A stretch of 64,000 nt of DNA. Source: Eledone cirrhosa. Taxonomy: Eukaryota. The stretch is taken from assembly GCA_964016885.1 (NCBI GenBank), contig OZ024744.1, forward strand, positions 114,638,001 to 114,702,000, in the 5' to 3' direction. Numbering within the stretch: the stretch's first letter is position 1; every line of letters begins with the position of its first letter. Position numbers and translations under genes: made by a program. The notes under the pieces are model-generated. The model had not been told where the DNA came from. It searched no databases and saw only the letters and a list, made by a program, of their open reading frames with translations. This document shows positions 39,015-52,800 of the stretch, piece by piece.

Positions 39015-39600
39015 TGAGATGGAAGGGTGTCTCTGTAAGACTACTGACAGGTATGTCAGTACACTGAGAGGTAGATCAGGTGACATTGTAGAGATGGAGG
39101 GGTGTCTCTGTAAGACTACTGACAGGTATGTCAGTACACTGAGAGGTCGATCAGGTGAGATTGTAGAGATATTTCAGAGGAGAGAAGTGAGATAGAGGGG
39201 GGGTCTCTGTAAGACTACTGACAGGTAAACAACATATATAGAAGCTCTTCTGAGTAGTAAATGACAATGGGGTAGGAGGTGTAGGCATCTTACTGAGAAA
39301 GGGATAGATAAGGTAATAGAAGTAGTTAGAGTGACAGAATAACTTAGAATAGCTGTAGGAAATAGAATGGTGACAATAACCTCGATCTACAGACCACAGG
39401 CAGGGCTGAGTAAAGAACAAAAAGACAGGTTCTATGAGGAATCTTTACAGACAACTTTAGTTACTGATGACAGAGACCTCATCATCTTGGCAGGTGACTT
39501 TAGTAGACATGTGAGGCAGTACCAGGATGGCTACACGGGGGTACAGGGTGGCTATGGTTATGGCTCAAGAAATAAAGAGGGAATGAGACAAATGAAGTAT
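39015..39600 (+). mobile_element. RTE APE-endonuclease fragment with a 75-bp internal duplication
   Basis: TLRGRSGEIVE, GVGGVGILL, IYRPQAG, LAGDF, GGYGYGSRNKEG. Confidence 0.7.
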
Positions 39601-39629
39601 TTGTACACTAACTAGAGAGATTGTGGAGT

Positions 39630-40660
39630 CCAGAGACCCTTCAGAGAAACCAAATTTCAGCCACTTGTATTTGTGATTTCTTCCAGTCATTACAATAGGT
39701 AAGGATTGGTATATATACCAAATTGAAGATAGCAACTTTGGCTTTTATGTCTACCTCCCTTCTGATTACTGGATGCTGAAGCTGGCACATTACTGCACCA
39801 GCTTTTGCAATTCCTGCATTTAATTCAGCCTCCTGCCTTCCATCACTTGTTAACATAGCCCCAAGATACTTGAACTTCTCTACCAGCTTCAGTGGAACTT
39901 CATTCTCATATAGAGTCACTGCACAGGCTTCCTTGAGAGGACGAGTGTCTCAGCTTTCGCAGCACTGATTTTCACTCCAGCCATACAGCAGATTAAACAA
40001 CACCATGTCGTCTGCAAATTTCAGCTGACTGATCCTACACTTACCAATTGTGATGCTACTTCCATCCCGGCTGTTCATGGACAGGAGAGGTTACAGTACA
40101 CACCCCTGATAGAGTCTGACTCCCACATTGAATGGTTTTGATTTAACACCATTTATCCAAACACAAATACTTGGGCATTTGTATAGAGACAAGAAGCTAA
40201 CTATCAATCCCATATTCCTGCAGAACTTTCCACATCAGGTCCCAAGGATGACAAAACAATAATATACTTCTTGGCAATATTCCCATGATTTCTCAAAGAC
40301 CTGCTGCAGTTTGAATATTTGAACAGCTGTGTTGCATCTGGGGAGAAAACCACACTATGCATTAGCTAGCTTGGACTCACCAATCTCCCTACATCTCATT
40401 GCCAGACACATAGTGTAGACTTTACAAGGAGATCTCTTTGTAATTGGAACAATTTCTCTTGTTTCCCTTTGTGAAAATTGGGATTATCACTTCCAATTGC
40501 AATTGGTTAGGTGCCATTCCAGAGATCCAGGCCACCTGGCACACATGAGTCAGCCAGAGAATACATTCTCTATTTAAATCCAGCCCAAGATGTTAAAAAC
40601 ATCTTGGGCTGGATGTTATCCTCCCCGGTGGCCTTGTCACATTTGAACTCTTTAACTGCT
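39630..40660 (-). mobile_element. Degraded RTE-group LINE RT fragment (different family)
   Basis: VEKFKYLG...PILTYC, FADD and RQGCVL remnants. Confidence 0.7.
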
Positions 40661-41117
40661 CTGGTAACTTCACATAATTTTTATCGTTATGTTTACAAGT
40701 CATCAGAAAAACCCAGCTATAATTATCTCCTTAATTTCTACAAATCATCTTATCCCTTTTTTTATATTACCTTCCTCCCACCTCAACTATTTTTCCTTTC
40801 CTCTTCATTTTCCCTTTTATCTTCCGTTTCTCTGTCATTTCCTCTCTCTTTCTCTATTATTTTTTCTGCCTAACCATTGATCCCTCCTCCTATATACTTT
40901 GGCTCTCTATCCTCTGAAAATTTAGTCGTGTTTGAGACAACCCTCTGTGTACACAGGAGAAACTCAAAAGTAACAAGACTTAATTTGGCCTTAAAGAATA
41001 TTTTTATCTCTACTTTGGCATTGAGTACTCATTCTCAAAACCATCAAAGCTGAGGATGTATATATATATAAGTGTGTGTATGCATGTTTTTATGTATATA
41101 TATATACATATATATAA

Positions 41118-43415
41118 GTCCCGCCCAGTGAAGAATTCACCTCCCAACATAACTTAGTAGTTAGCAACCTTACAGTCCAGGGCTAGAAAAACCCAGCAAT
41201 GGCAACCAATCTGGAGTTTAAAGACCCATCAAACAGTAACAAATTTAGAAGTATGTTGACCAATGCCTTCGACAGCAAGGAAGAGCAAATAGAGACTTAC
41301 GATATAGAGGAGCAGTGGGTGTTCCTGAAAGATAACCTACTGAAGGTGACAGATAAAACCTGTAGGTGGCATAGGTCTCTTGGGAGAAGGAGAGTGACTT
41401 GGTTGTGGAATAGTGAAGTAGATGAGATAATTAAGGCCAAAAGACAGGCTTGGATAGATTGGTGTAATGAGGATAGCAAGGAAGTTTACCAGAAGGCTAG
41501 GAGAGAAGATAGGCGACAAGTTTACCTTGCTAGAAGGGAAGCAGAAAACGAAAAATTTAAGCCTGTTTTGCAGCATGAGGATCAAAGATGTGAGGTGTTC
41601 AGGATTGCTAGACAGTGTGTCAGAGAAAATTGTGATGTCAGTGGGGAGAAGTGTGTCAGAAATGACTTTGGCGAACTTGCCCTCACTGATGCTAAAAAGA
41701 AGGTAGCATGGAAGTGCCACTATGAAAGATTACTGAATGAGGAGAATGCATGGGATGAAGACAGTCTGTCACATGTCTACCCATCAGAGGGACCGGCTGT
41801 ACATGTTAGAGGTAGTATAGTAAGTAAGGCAATCAAATATATGAAGTCAGGCAGGGCAGTTGGTCCCTCAGGGATAGTTGCTGAGATGTTGAAAACATCA
41901 GGTGTGGTGGGCCACACCATAGTCTCCTGCATTGTAAACCAAGTTATACAAAATGGTGTCATACCCAATGACTGATGTAGCAGCATCATTATAAACTACT
42001 ACAAGGGCAAAGGAGATTCCCTAGATAGAGAAAACTATAGAGGCATTAAGTTGATTGACCATTGACCAAGTTATGAAGGTCACTGAAAGAATCTTAGCTC
42101 AGCTGATTAGAGAATGAGTTAACATAGATGAGATGCAGTTTGGGTTTGTACCAGGTAAAAGTACCACAGATGCCCTCTTCCTTGTAAGACAACTGCAGAA
42201 GTACCTAGCTAAGACTAAGCTCCTCTACCTGGCTTTTGTTGACCTTGAGAAAGCTTTTGACAAAGTCCCCCGTTCCATTATCTGGTGGGCTCTGAGGAAA
42301 CTAGACGTAGACGAGTGACTTGTGAGGGCAGTATAAGCCATGTACAGAAGAATAGTCAACAAGGTCAAAATTAACGTTCTATGTCCCAAGTGAAAGTTAT
42401 GGGTACACAAGAGATGTAGTGGGATCTTAGGCAGACTAATACAGAACGTAGGTTTTACATGTGGCCGGTGCACAGGAGCAATAAGTAGCAAGAGCTCTCA
42501 AGATACAATCTCCTACAAATGCCCAGAGGGCGCTATAGAAGTGGTAGATAGCTTCTGTTACCTGGCTGACCAAATCAATAATGGGGGAGGGTGTTCCGAA
42601 AATACTGTAACCAGAGTGAGATCGGGCTGGAGAAAGTTCAGGGATCTACTACCACTGCTAACTACAAAAGGTCTTTCTCTTAAAATGAAAGGCAGACTGT
42701 ATGATGCATGTATACAAACAACAATGTTGCACAGCAGTGAGACCTGGGTGCTGTGTGCTGAGGACCTAAGAAGATTGGAAAGAAATAAGCTTGCATGCTT
42801 CGATGAATGTGCAATAGCAATATACATGAACAGCAGAGTGTAAACGAACTGCAAAAGAAATTAGGCATAAGAGGGATTGATGCAGTATGTTAGAGAGGAG
42901 ATTACGTCGTTGGTACAGACATGTAATGTGTATGAAGGATGACAACTGCATAAAAAGGTGCAGAGTGCTCAAAGTCGATGAAAGCTATGGAAGAAGAAGA
43001 CCTAGGAAGACTTAGGATGAGGTGATAAAAGCTGACCTGGCACAATTCCACCTCTCTAAGACAATGAACATGACTGTTTTCTCTGACGTTACGCAGTAAT
43101 ACAGAAGACACACCTTCCCATATGCAGGAGCTGAGGCATACATTTAGTATGCACTACCTTCCCTCCCATAACCCCTTCTATACACCTCTTTTCACTGTAA
43201 TCATCCCACCCCAGTCCATACCATAAAGTGGTCATCCTGGAACCACAACAAAAAACACCCAGTTCACTCTGTAATTAGAAACCAAACCAAATCTGTAAGA
43301 GCAAAACACGATCCTCTGACCTGGATCTCTCACAACAGGACAACATTCCCTACCCATGCTAGCATGGAAAATGGGTGTTAAATGACGATAATGATAAACA
43401 ATGATGATGATGATA
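41118..43415 (+). mobile_element. Degraded RTE (PHD-type) LINE with internal deletion
   Basis: Homologous to 55668-57965 (QFGFVPGKSTTDA, AFVDLEKAFD); (TGA)n tail. Confidence 0.85.
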
Positions 43416-43422
43416 TATATAT

Positions 43423-44236
43423 ATCATCATCATCATCATCATCATTTTACATCCGCTTTTCCCTGCTTGCAAGGATGGGACGGGTCCTATTCAGCACAGC
43501 ATCTCTCCACTTGTCACGGTCCTTCATCATCTCCTCTGTGAGTTTCAGTGATCTGAAGTCAACTCTCACCACCCATGTTTTTCGTGGTCTACCTTTACTG
43601 CGTCTTCCTTCTACTGGCATTTCTTGGCACTTCTTCACCCAGCAGTCATCCTCCATGCGCATCACATGTCCATACCAATGCAGTCTTCTCTCCCACACAC
43701 TACAACTTATTCCTCTTATACACAGTTTCTCTCTCAACTCGTCTATGCTTTGTCGTTCACACACATTGACATTGCACATCCAACAGACCATGCTTGCTTC
43801 ATTTCTCTCCAGCCATCGCATATCCTCCGCAGTTGCTGCCCATGTCTCACTACCATGCAGCATTGCACATCTCACACAGGCATCATATAACTGGCTTTTC
43901 GTACGCAGGGAGAAACCCTTCTTTGTCAACAGAGGAAGCAGCTCCCTAAACTTCTTCCAACCCGTCTGGATACTATGCCCTCAGAGCACCCTCCTCTCTT
44001 GCTAATCTGATCACCCCTAGGTACCGGAAGTTATCAACTACCTCTATAGATCCTACCTACATTTGAGAAATGTGTCTATCACTGCGACTTCTACTGTCAA
44101 ATTTCCCTGAACATCTACTGCATACATAGTTTTCCCTACCTGTTAGTTTGCCTGCTATTCCACTACATCTCTTGTGTACCCAAGATCTGCATTGTGTACA
44201 TTCTATAGAATTTATGCCAACTCCTTTTCTACACAT
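43423..44236 (-). mobile_element. RTE (PHD-type) LINE 3' fragment, tail-to-tail with the previous copy
   Basis: MLHGSETW, WYGHVMR, GRPRKTW; (CAT)n tail; PHD remnant near 44100-44235. Confidence 0.85.
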
Positions 44237-44386
44237 ATATGTATATATATATATATATATATTTGAATTTTGTATATCTAAAGAAATACGGTATGTTTAT
44301 AAATAAACATTTAGAAAGCCATAGCAATGAATATCACACTGACAGCTAACACCACCCAGCAGTGCCCGACAGAAGCAAGGGGGGAC

Positions 44387-44432
44387 AGTCATTGATGCAT
44401 TTCAAACCCAACTGGTTCTCGTCAGGACGATC
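44387..44432 (-). ncRNA. Minimal hammerhead ribozyme motif
   Basis: Minus strand: ATCGTC-CTGACGA-GAACCagttgGGTTT-GAAA-TGCA-TC-AATGAC. Palindromic stem III ATGCAT; stem I imperfect. Confidence 0.55.
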
Positions 44433-44733
44433 TCTCTTGCTGTTAAAACTGCTGGACTTTGAAAACAGGCGAGAATATATAGTTTTCTCGTCTGTGTAAA
44501 TGAGGTGATTAATCTCATTTGCATATGAAGCTGTATAAGTTGGCTCAACTTATAATAGAATAGAATTAGGATTTAGCTTCAAACATAGCTATATATAAAT
44601 ATGTATCTGAATTTTGTATTTTTAAAGAAATACGGTATGTTTACAAATAAACATTTAGAAAGCTGTAGCTATGAATAACACACTGGCAACTACAGTTACC
44701 AAGCTGCAGTCTGGCAGTTGTGAGAGCGGGAGA

Positions 44734-44779
44734 GATCGTTCTGATGAGAGCCTGTTGAGTTTGAAATACATCGACAATT
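44734..44779 (+). ncRNA. Minimal hammerhead ribozyme motif (inverted paralog of 44387-44432)
   Basis: ATCGTT-CTGATGA-GAGCCtgttGAGTTT-GAAA-TACA-TC-GACAAT. Confidence 0.5.
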
Positions 44780-44918
44780 GTCCACCTTGCTTCTGCCGGG
44801 CGAGAGAGATGGAGCCGATGACAGGGAGAGTTTGGTTCCTCTGTATTCGGACCTGGTGTATGTGTGTGTGTGTATGTATGTTTACTTCTATTCATTCAAT
44901 ATGGCACTATCTTATAAT

Positions 44919-45105
44919 TGTTTCTACTTTAGGCACAAGGCCAGCAATTTACCAGTGCATTACTGGTACTTTATTTTATCGACCCCGTAAGGATGAAAGG
45001 CAAAGTCAACCTCGGCGGGATTTGAACTCAGATCGTAAAGGGACGTAACTATGCTGGAAAGCATGGCGTCCGACCCTCTACCGATACTGCCAATCCACCA
45101 CCCTC
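44919..45105 (-). mobile_element. SINE family 2 with TSD TATCTTATAAT
   Basis: TSD at 44908-44918 and 45106-45116. Confidence 0.9.
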
Positions 45106-45439
45106 TATCTTATAATGAATTAATAGTTGTTCAGAAAGGTTGATATAAAAAGAAAAAAAAAAAAGAAATGATGAAGCCGACAGGAGTTATGTCTGAGATA
45201 AACTGCTATACATTGTTTTAAGCGAAAGCTCTTTCATTGTATTATCAACTCATTTAAACTCTTACATCAATTTGAAGCTATATAATCATAGTGTATGAAT
45301 ACATATAAGATACAAAGCTTAGCGGTGTTTTGAAAATTAGCTTTGTTTACAATCTGTGGGTTTTTCTAACGGCAACTATTAAGCTAATTTACTTAGTCAA
45401 AATTACAGTGGAAGCTCCATTTCACTATCTAATTTTCAA

Positions 45440-45490
<51 letters not shown>

Positions 45491-45616
45491 GATAACAAAT
45501 TATTGTTATAGGTAGTCCACTTGGATGTAGTCCAGTTAGTGTACTCCGAGTACAAGACATTTCCATAGTGATGCTGCGAATATGCGGTGATTTCTATGTA
45601 GTTTACACTTGGAGTA

Positions 45617-45952
45617 ATAATAAATCAAGAAAGAAGAGTGACATGGTTTGCTATACAATAAGGGCTTTATTCACATTGCTGACAATTGTTTCTCTGAACT
45701 GGAAGGTCTAAAGATCACTACCCGCCTGTATTTGCGTCAATCGATCACCAATACTTTGTTATAACCAGTCTATTCATCAGAGCATGCGAGAATGAATAGA
45801 CTGGTTATAACAAAGTATTGGTGATCAATTGACGCAAAAACAGGCGGGTAGTGATCTTTAGACCTACCAGTTCAGAGAAACAATTGTCAGCAATGTGAAT
45901 AAAGCCCTTATTGTATAGCAAACCATGTCACTCTTCTTTCTTGATTTATTAT
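45617..45952. repeat. Long inverted repeat: 161-bp arms (45617-45777 / 45792-45952), 14-bp spacer
   Basis: The arms are reverse complements, with about three mismatches. Confidence 0.95.
45674..45786 (-). ncRNA. Type I hammerhead ribozyme with extended stem II
   Basis: Minus strand: TGCT-CTGATGA-atagACTGG...CCAGTtcaga-GAAA-CAATTG-TC-AGCA; GUC triplet. Confidence 0.65.
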
Positions 45953-45961
45953 ATATATATT

Positions 45962-46028
<67 letters not shown>

Positions 46029-46079
46029 CTATGTATATATATATATGTATATATATCTATGTATATGTATATATATATA

Positions 46080-48571
46080 TAATGGGTCCTCGATATACGG
46101 TAGTTCTTTATCCGGAAAATTCACAGATACAGTTTTGGGTAATTACTACCATCAATTCTATTTACGGTAAAAAAAATTCACAGATACGGTTTTTGGTCGT
46201 GTTTTGTTTATATTGTATCGTAGTGCCACCTGTAGTAAGCAATAAATTCCCCCTTGAATTCATGGAAACTGACTGCTATTCAAATTCTAGGAAAATTGTG
46301 TTAGTACTGTTATCGTACTAACTGACCTTACCGAGAAACTGGCCAATCACGAGCGAGTTCAGATATTGATCGATGACGTCATAACTCTTAGTTGATTACT
46401 TCAGTTTGGCAAACTAGCGTGTCCTCTCAGTGAGAGAATTTTTGCCGAACTGAAGTGATCAGTTAAGAGTTATGACGTTATTCAAAGTAAGAGAAAACCC
46501 AACGGGGTGTTTTTGGAGCATAATTATCATGGCATATATTATAACACCATATCTCATGTCCCCAAAACGTCCTGTGAATATTGCTGATGCAGATGGAAAG
46601 GCCAAACGCATGAGTAAGAGCCTGACTTTGGAGATAAAGCTGGACATTTTGAAAAGGAAGGAACAGGGGCAAGGTAAGTCCGCCATAAGTCGTAACTTAG
46701 GCCTAGCCTAGTCTACAGTCTGGACTGTTTTAAAAAATAGTGAGGCTGTCAAAAACAGCTGGGGAGAATGCTATGAGTCTACAGAGTAAATTGTTGACCA
46801 AATATCGTGAGCCGATTATGGATAGGATGGAAAGGTTGCTCAAAATTTGGATCAACGACCAAAATCATCAAAATATGTCTGTCTTTAAATGTAATCAGTG
46901 AGAAAGCATTGTCCATTATTGACAGGCTCAAGACTGAAATGGGGGTGGAGGACTTTGTATTCAAGGCAAGCAAAGGCTGGTTTGATAAGTTCAAACGATG
47001 TTTGAGTCTTCACAACATAAAAGTTACAGGTGAGGCTGCCAGTTCCGACAAAGAGAGTGCTGAAAACTTCAAGGCAGAGTTAGAGAAATGCATTGCAGAG
47101 AAGGGGTACAGAAAAAAGCAGGTTATTAATTATGATGAAACAGGACTTTATTGGAAAAAGATGACCAGTAATACCAGTAATTGACAAGGAGGAGAAAAGT
47201 GTGAAGGGTTTCAAAGCCTCAAAGGACCACATTACTCTGTTACTTGGAGGGAATGCAGAAGGAGATTTAAAGCTAAAGCCACTCATTATCTACCATTCTG
47301 AAACTCCAAGAGCACTCAAGGGGTTACTTAAGCAATACCTACCAGTGATATGGAAGTCTAATAAGAAGGTATGGCTGATCACTTCAATTCACCAGGATTT
47401 TTTCACCTCATATCTATCCTTAAGGAATATGCATTAGCTAACAACATTGCCAACCGTTTTCTGCTATTAGTGGACAACGCCCCCAGCCACCCACGGGCAA
47501 TGGAAGACTGGTCAGAAAATATTGAGGTTTTGTTTCTCCCCCCCCCCCCCCAAACACCACAGCTCTCATTCAGCCGATGGATCAAACAGTCATCAAAACA
47601 TTTAAGGCATACTACCAGCGGAGATCCATGCAGCAGCTGATAAAGGGCACAGATGGGCCCGACAAGCCCACGATCAGGGAATGGTGGAAATTGTACAACA
47701 TCAAGCACGGCTTAGACAACATCAAGGCATCTTGGGAAGAAGTGAAGCAGTCTACCATGGCCTGGAAGAAATTATGACCAGCATGTGTGAATGACTTCCA
47801 AGGCTTTGCTGAGGACATTGGTGCGATAAAAAAAGATATTGTAAATCTCTGCCATAGAGCTGGCTTCGATGGTGTTAATGATGATGATATGCAAGACCTT
47901 TTGGAAAGCCACGCTGAACCACTCTCCAATGATGAACTCATAGGAAATTAGACAAAGCGATACAGGAGACAGAAAAAGAAGAAGAGGAGGACGAAGAACC
48001 CGTGCGTGGCTTGGACATAAAAACTCTAAGAGAATGCCTCGGGAGTATCGAAACAATCTTAGAAACCCTGAAGGAGCGTGACCCCAGCCCTGCTAGGAGC
48101 AGCAAAGTGGCTCAAGACGTCGAGAAAAGCGTCAAGAAATGTATAAAGCCAAAAGAAACACCGCCAAACAGTCCTCCATCTACTCTTTCTTCAAGCCAGT
48201 CACACCTGCCAACCGTGCTACAGTTGACCCTTCAACATCCACTGCAGTCAACGAGTTTGTTGGTTTTGAGTCTCCCGCATCACCCTCATCCTCCCCTGCC
48301 AACTCAGCCCAAGATGAGTAAGGGCTGAAACCCATACTGTCCCTTAGCCTCGGGAGGGACAAATGAAGTGGCACATCATCTGATGGACTACATGGCATGT
48401 GTAAGGTACAGGATATAAAAAAAAAACATTTCTTTTCTGTAGGGATGACTTTTTCGATGTGATGGAACCCATGCCTATCTATTTCATGTTATAATGGGTT
48501 CTTTATACGGTAATTCGGTATACGGTAAGGGTTTCAGGAACGCATATATACCATATATTGAGGACTCACTG
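46080..48571 (+). mobile_element. Tigger/pogo DNA transposon, full length, with decayed transposase (46556-48321)
   Basis: TIRs TAATGGGTCCTCGATATACGG / CCATATATTGAGGACTCACTG-TA. CENP-B-type HTH, FKASKGWFDKF, YDETGLYWK, LLVDNAPSHP, QPMDQ; stops and frameshifts. Confidence 0.9.
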
Positions 48572-48668
48572 TATATGTATATATATGTATGTATATATAT
48601 ATATCTATATATATGTATGTATATATATATATGTATATATATGTATGTATATATATATATGTATATAT

Positions 48669-49013
48669 GAAGGCACATGGCTTAGTGGTTAGAGCATGGG
48701 CCTTGCAATCGAAAGGTTGTGAGTTCAATTCTCAGACCGGGTGATGTGTTGTTTCCTTGAGCAAGACACTTTATTTCACGTTGCACCAGTTTACTCAGCT
48801 GTAGAAATGAGATGATAGGGACTGGGGTCCCTATCATTCCACTGCAAAGTGGATGTGTAGGTGCCATGGCAAAAAAAGCACCCAGCACACACTGTAAATG
48901 AGGTTGGTGTTAGGAAGGGCATCCAGCTGTGGAAATCAAGCCAGAATCAGTTCCCGTCCCACCCTTGCAAGCAGGGAAAAAGCGGACGTAAAATGATGAT
49001 GATGATGATGATG
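48669..49013 (+). mobile_element. tRNA-derived SINE, family 1
   Basis: Same motifs as 16217-16548. Confidence 0.9.
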
Positions 49014-49060
49014 TATATATATGTATGTATATATATATATGTATGTATATATATATATAT

Positions 49061-49404
49061 CATCATCATCATTTCATTTTACGTCCGCTTTTTCCCTGCT
49101 TGCAAGGGTGGGACGGGAACTGATTCTGGCTGGATTTCTACAGCTGGATGCCCTTCCTAACACCAACCTCATTTACAGTGAGTGCTGGGTGCTTTTTTGC
49201 TGTGGCACCTCCACGACCACTTTACAGTGGAATGATAGGGACCCCAGTCCCATTCATCTCATTTCTACAGCTGAGTAAACTGGAGCAATGTGAAATAAAG
49301 TGTCTTGCTCAAGGAAACAACACATCACCCGGTCTGAGAATTGAACTCACAACCTTTCGATTGCAAAGCCAATTCATTCTCTAACCACTAAGCCATGTGC
49401 CTCC
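49061..49404 (-). mobile_element. tRNA-derived SINE, family 1, tail-to-tail with the previous copy
   Basis: Reverse complement of the family. Confidence 0.9.
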
Positions 49405-49413
49405 ACATATATG

Positions 49414-49554
<141 letters not shown>

Positions 49555-49707
49555 GTATGGATTTAAGCTCAGAGCGTGGAGAGCCATAGCTCTATGCTGT
49601 AAAGCAATTATAATAATACTGGACTGTAATACGAACGGCTTCAACTATACAAACTCTTGAAAGTCAACAGTTGACATAATCTTGTAATCTTGTATCAGTA
49701 ATGACGG

Positions 49708-49759
<52 letters not shown>

Positions 49760-49859
49760 TTGTTTGAATGTATGAGCATTGCTGTGTGAGCGCGTATGTA
49801 TGCGTGTGTGTGTATGTCGTACGTATAAGTGTCAATAAGTGAGTTTTTTTTTTTTTTGC

Positions 49860-52800
49860 GCGGGGATATAGAAATAATCGGGCCGGATGCCCGATCGCGC
49901 AGTTAAACCACTGGGAGTGAAGAACCCCTAGCCCTTGTCAGGGCATTCTTCTAGGAGAAGGCATCTCAGGAAACTGGGTTAACTCCGACATAAAACCTGC
50001 GGCTCAGTAGTTACCGATGATGTTGATCTTTTCTTCTTTTCGGGTTATAGCTACTGTCGCTCAGAGAGTGGGTTTGGTTCAGTGCACAGTCTTTCCTCAC
50101 TTTAAAAATATTCGTCACGCACAGGCATTGCACGAGTGCATTAATAATTATTAATAGTGTACTATTATTATTATTTTTATTGTTACTATTATTATTACTT
50201 TTTTTTTTTTTTTTTTTTTTTTTCCAATTCAATGATGTTCCAGAACAATATAAAAGAGATAATTGGCAATTTAGGTTCTGGAACAAAAAAAATAATTGGC
50301 AATAAGGGCAGGGGCCCCAGGTTATCACAGCCTGGGCCCGCTCGTCATGGTGCCATTGTAACAGCTGCTGGAACGTACGGACGTTGCTTGACAGGGATTC
50401 CTTGGAGCATCCTGAACGAAGGACCGCTCTTGTTGCAAAGGAGCTTCGACGTTACGATCTTGACATCGTGGCTTTATCTGAGACGAGGTTAGCTGGAGAT
50501 GGTCATCTTACAGAATTTTATGGAGAATATAGATTCTTCTGGAAAGGAAGAGATGAAGGAACCAGAAAAGAGGCTGGGGTAGGATTTGCTGTTAAGACTG
50601 TACTTGTAAATAAATTAGAAGAATTCCCAGTAGGGATTAGTGAGCGTCTTATGTCCATGAGAATTCCGCTGGACAAAGGAAGATATGTGACCCTGGTGAG
50701 TGTGTATGCACCACCTATGAATTCTTTCGATGAAGAAAAAGTGCCCTTTTACCATGCCTTGAAAGGTGTTTTAAGAAATATCCCTCAGGCAGACAAAGTC
50801 ATTGTGCTTGGTGACTTTAATGCTAGAGTGGGTAGGGATTTTAACACATGGAATGTAATCGGAAGGCATGGGGTGGGAAAGTGTAACAACAATGGTATGC
50901 TCCTGCTGCAGATGTGTGAGGAGCTGGATCTGTGTTACCAACACCATGTTCCAACAAAAGAACAAATTCAAGACCACATGGATGCATCCTGCATCTAAGG
51001 AATGGCATCTTTTGGACTACGTCCTAGTCAGGATGCGTGACAGACAGGATGTGAAGTGTGTTCGTGCTCTTCGTGGAGCTGAGTGCTGGACGGACCACCA
51101 CCTGGTACGCACAAAAGTGAAACTAATCACTAAACGTAAAATCCGGGCTCCTGATGTTGCCCTGCCCAAAAGATTGAATGCTGCTCGTCTTAAGGATAAA
51201 AATGTGAAGAGGACAATGGAAGAAGAGATGCAGGCTGCAGATCTTGATGAGGATTGGCCGACCCTTAAAAAGTCGGTTTATTATGTAGGCAGGCGTGTTC
51301 TGGGATTGATGCAGAGAAAACATCAGGACTGGTTTAATGAGAATGATGTACATATAGAAGACTTGTTGGCTGATAAGAGGCGTGCTCTGTCACGCTACTT
51401 GATGGCAAAACCACAGGAGAGGAATACGGTGCATGAGGAACTCAAGGATGTAAAATCACGTGTTAGGCGGAGTCTTTCTCAGATGAAGGATCAGTGGTGG
51501 AGTGAGAAGGCTGGTGAGATTCAAACTGCGTCAGATTCCAATAACACAAAGCTGTTGTACAGTCTCTTGCGTGAGGTTTATGGACTGTCTTCTTCTCTGG
51601 TGACACCGCTTCGCAGCAAGGATGGCAAAGGACTTCTTCGTGACTCACAAGGAATTCTACGAAGGTGGCGAGAGCACTTTGATGATCATTTGAATCAGCC
51701 GTCTGTCGTCAGTGAAGATTTCCTCAATCTCATTCCAGAAAGTCCTGTGAAAGTAGCTCTCGCAGAACCTCCGACGCTTGTGGAGGTTGCAGTGGCTATC
51801 TCGAAGCTGAAAAGTGGAAGATCTCCAGGTATGGATGGCATACATGCTGAGCTCCTACAATATGGTGGTAAGAGACTCCTGCAACATCTTCACTCTGTTT
51901 GGCAGGATATGGGCTAATGAATCTGTACCTGAGGACTGGAGAGATGCAGTAATGGTGGTCTTGTACAAGGGAAAGGGTAACAGGAATGATTGTGGGAACT
52001 ACAGAGGTATATCATTGCTTTCTGTCGTAGGGAAAGTTTTATGTAGGGTGCTTCTGGACCGTCTGCTGACACACATTGCAGATTGTGTTCTTCCTGAAAG
52101 TCAATCTGGTTTTCGTGCTGGACGCGGCACTACTGATATGATCTTCTCAGCTAGACAGCTCCAGGAGAAGTGCATGGAACAAGGCTTGGATCTGTATCAG
52201 GTTTTTGTCGATCTGACAAAAGCTTTCGATACTGTTAACAGAGTGGCATTGTGGAAGGTTCTCCAGAAACTTGGTTGCCCTGATAAGTTCCTTGCTTTAG
52301 TTAGGTCTTTCCATGACGACATGAAGGCTTGGGTTAATGTCGGAGCCTATCTCAGTAAAAAATGGAGTGAAACAGGGGGATATTCCAGCACCAACCCTGT
52401 TTGCCATATACTTTGCAATGGTTTTCTGTATTGCATTCAGGAATTGCGAGCATGGTGTTTACATCCGATATCGAACCTCAGGCAGCATATTTAACATCAG
52501 ACGCTTTGCTGCAAAGACGAAAGTATTTACATCAATCATAAGAGACCTCAAGTATGCAGATGATTGCGATCTTGTAGCGCACACAGAGAGTGATATGCAG
52601 CACATTTTGAATGCATTTTCTGACGCTTGCACTGCCCTAGGATTGACTGTCAGTCTTAAGAAAACCGTCGTCATGTACCAACCTGCCCCTGGTAAGCAGT
52701 ACACTGAACCAAACATCTATGTGTATGGCAAACGACTTGGAGTGGTTGATCAGTTTGTCTACCTGGGAAGCACTGTCAATCGATACAGCAACCTTGACAG

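Noticed and set aside
45165-45240. ATGATGAAGC...GCGAAAGCTCTT motif
   Set aside because: C3 is missing and the stems are weak.
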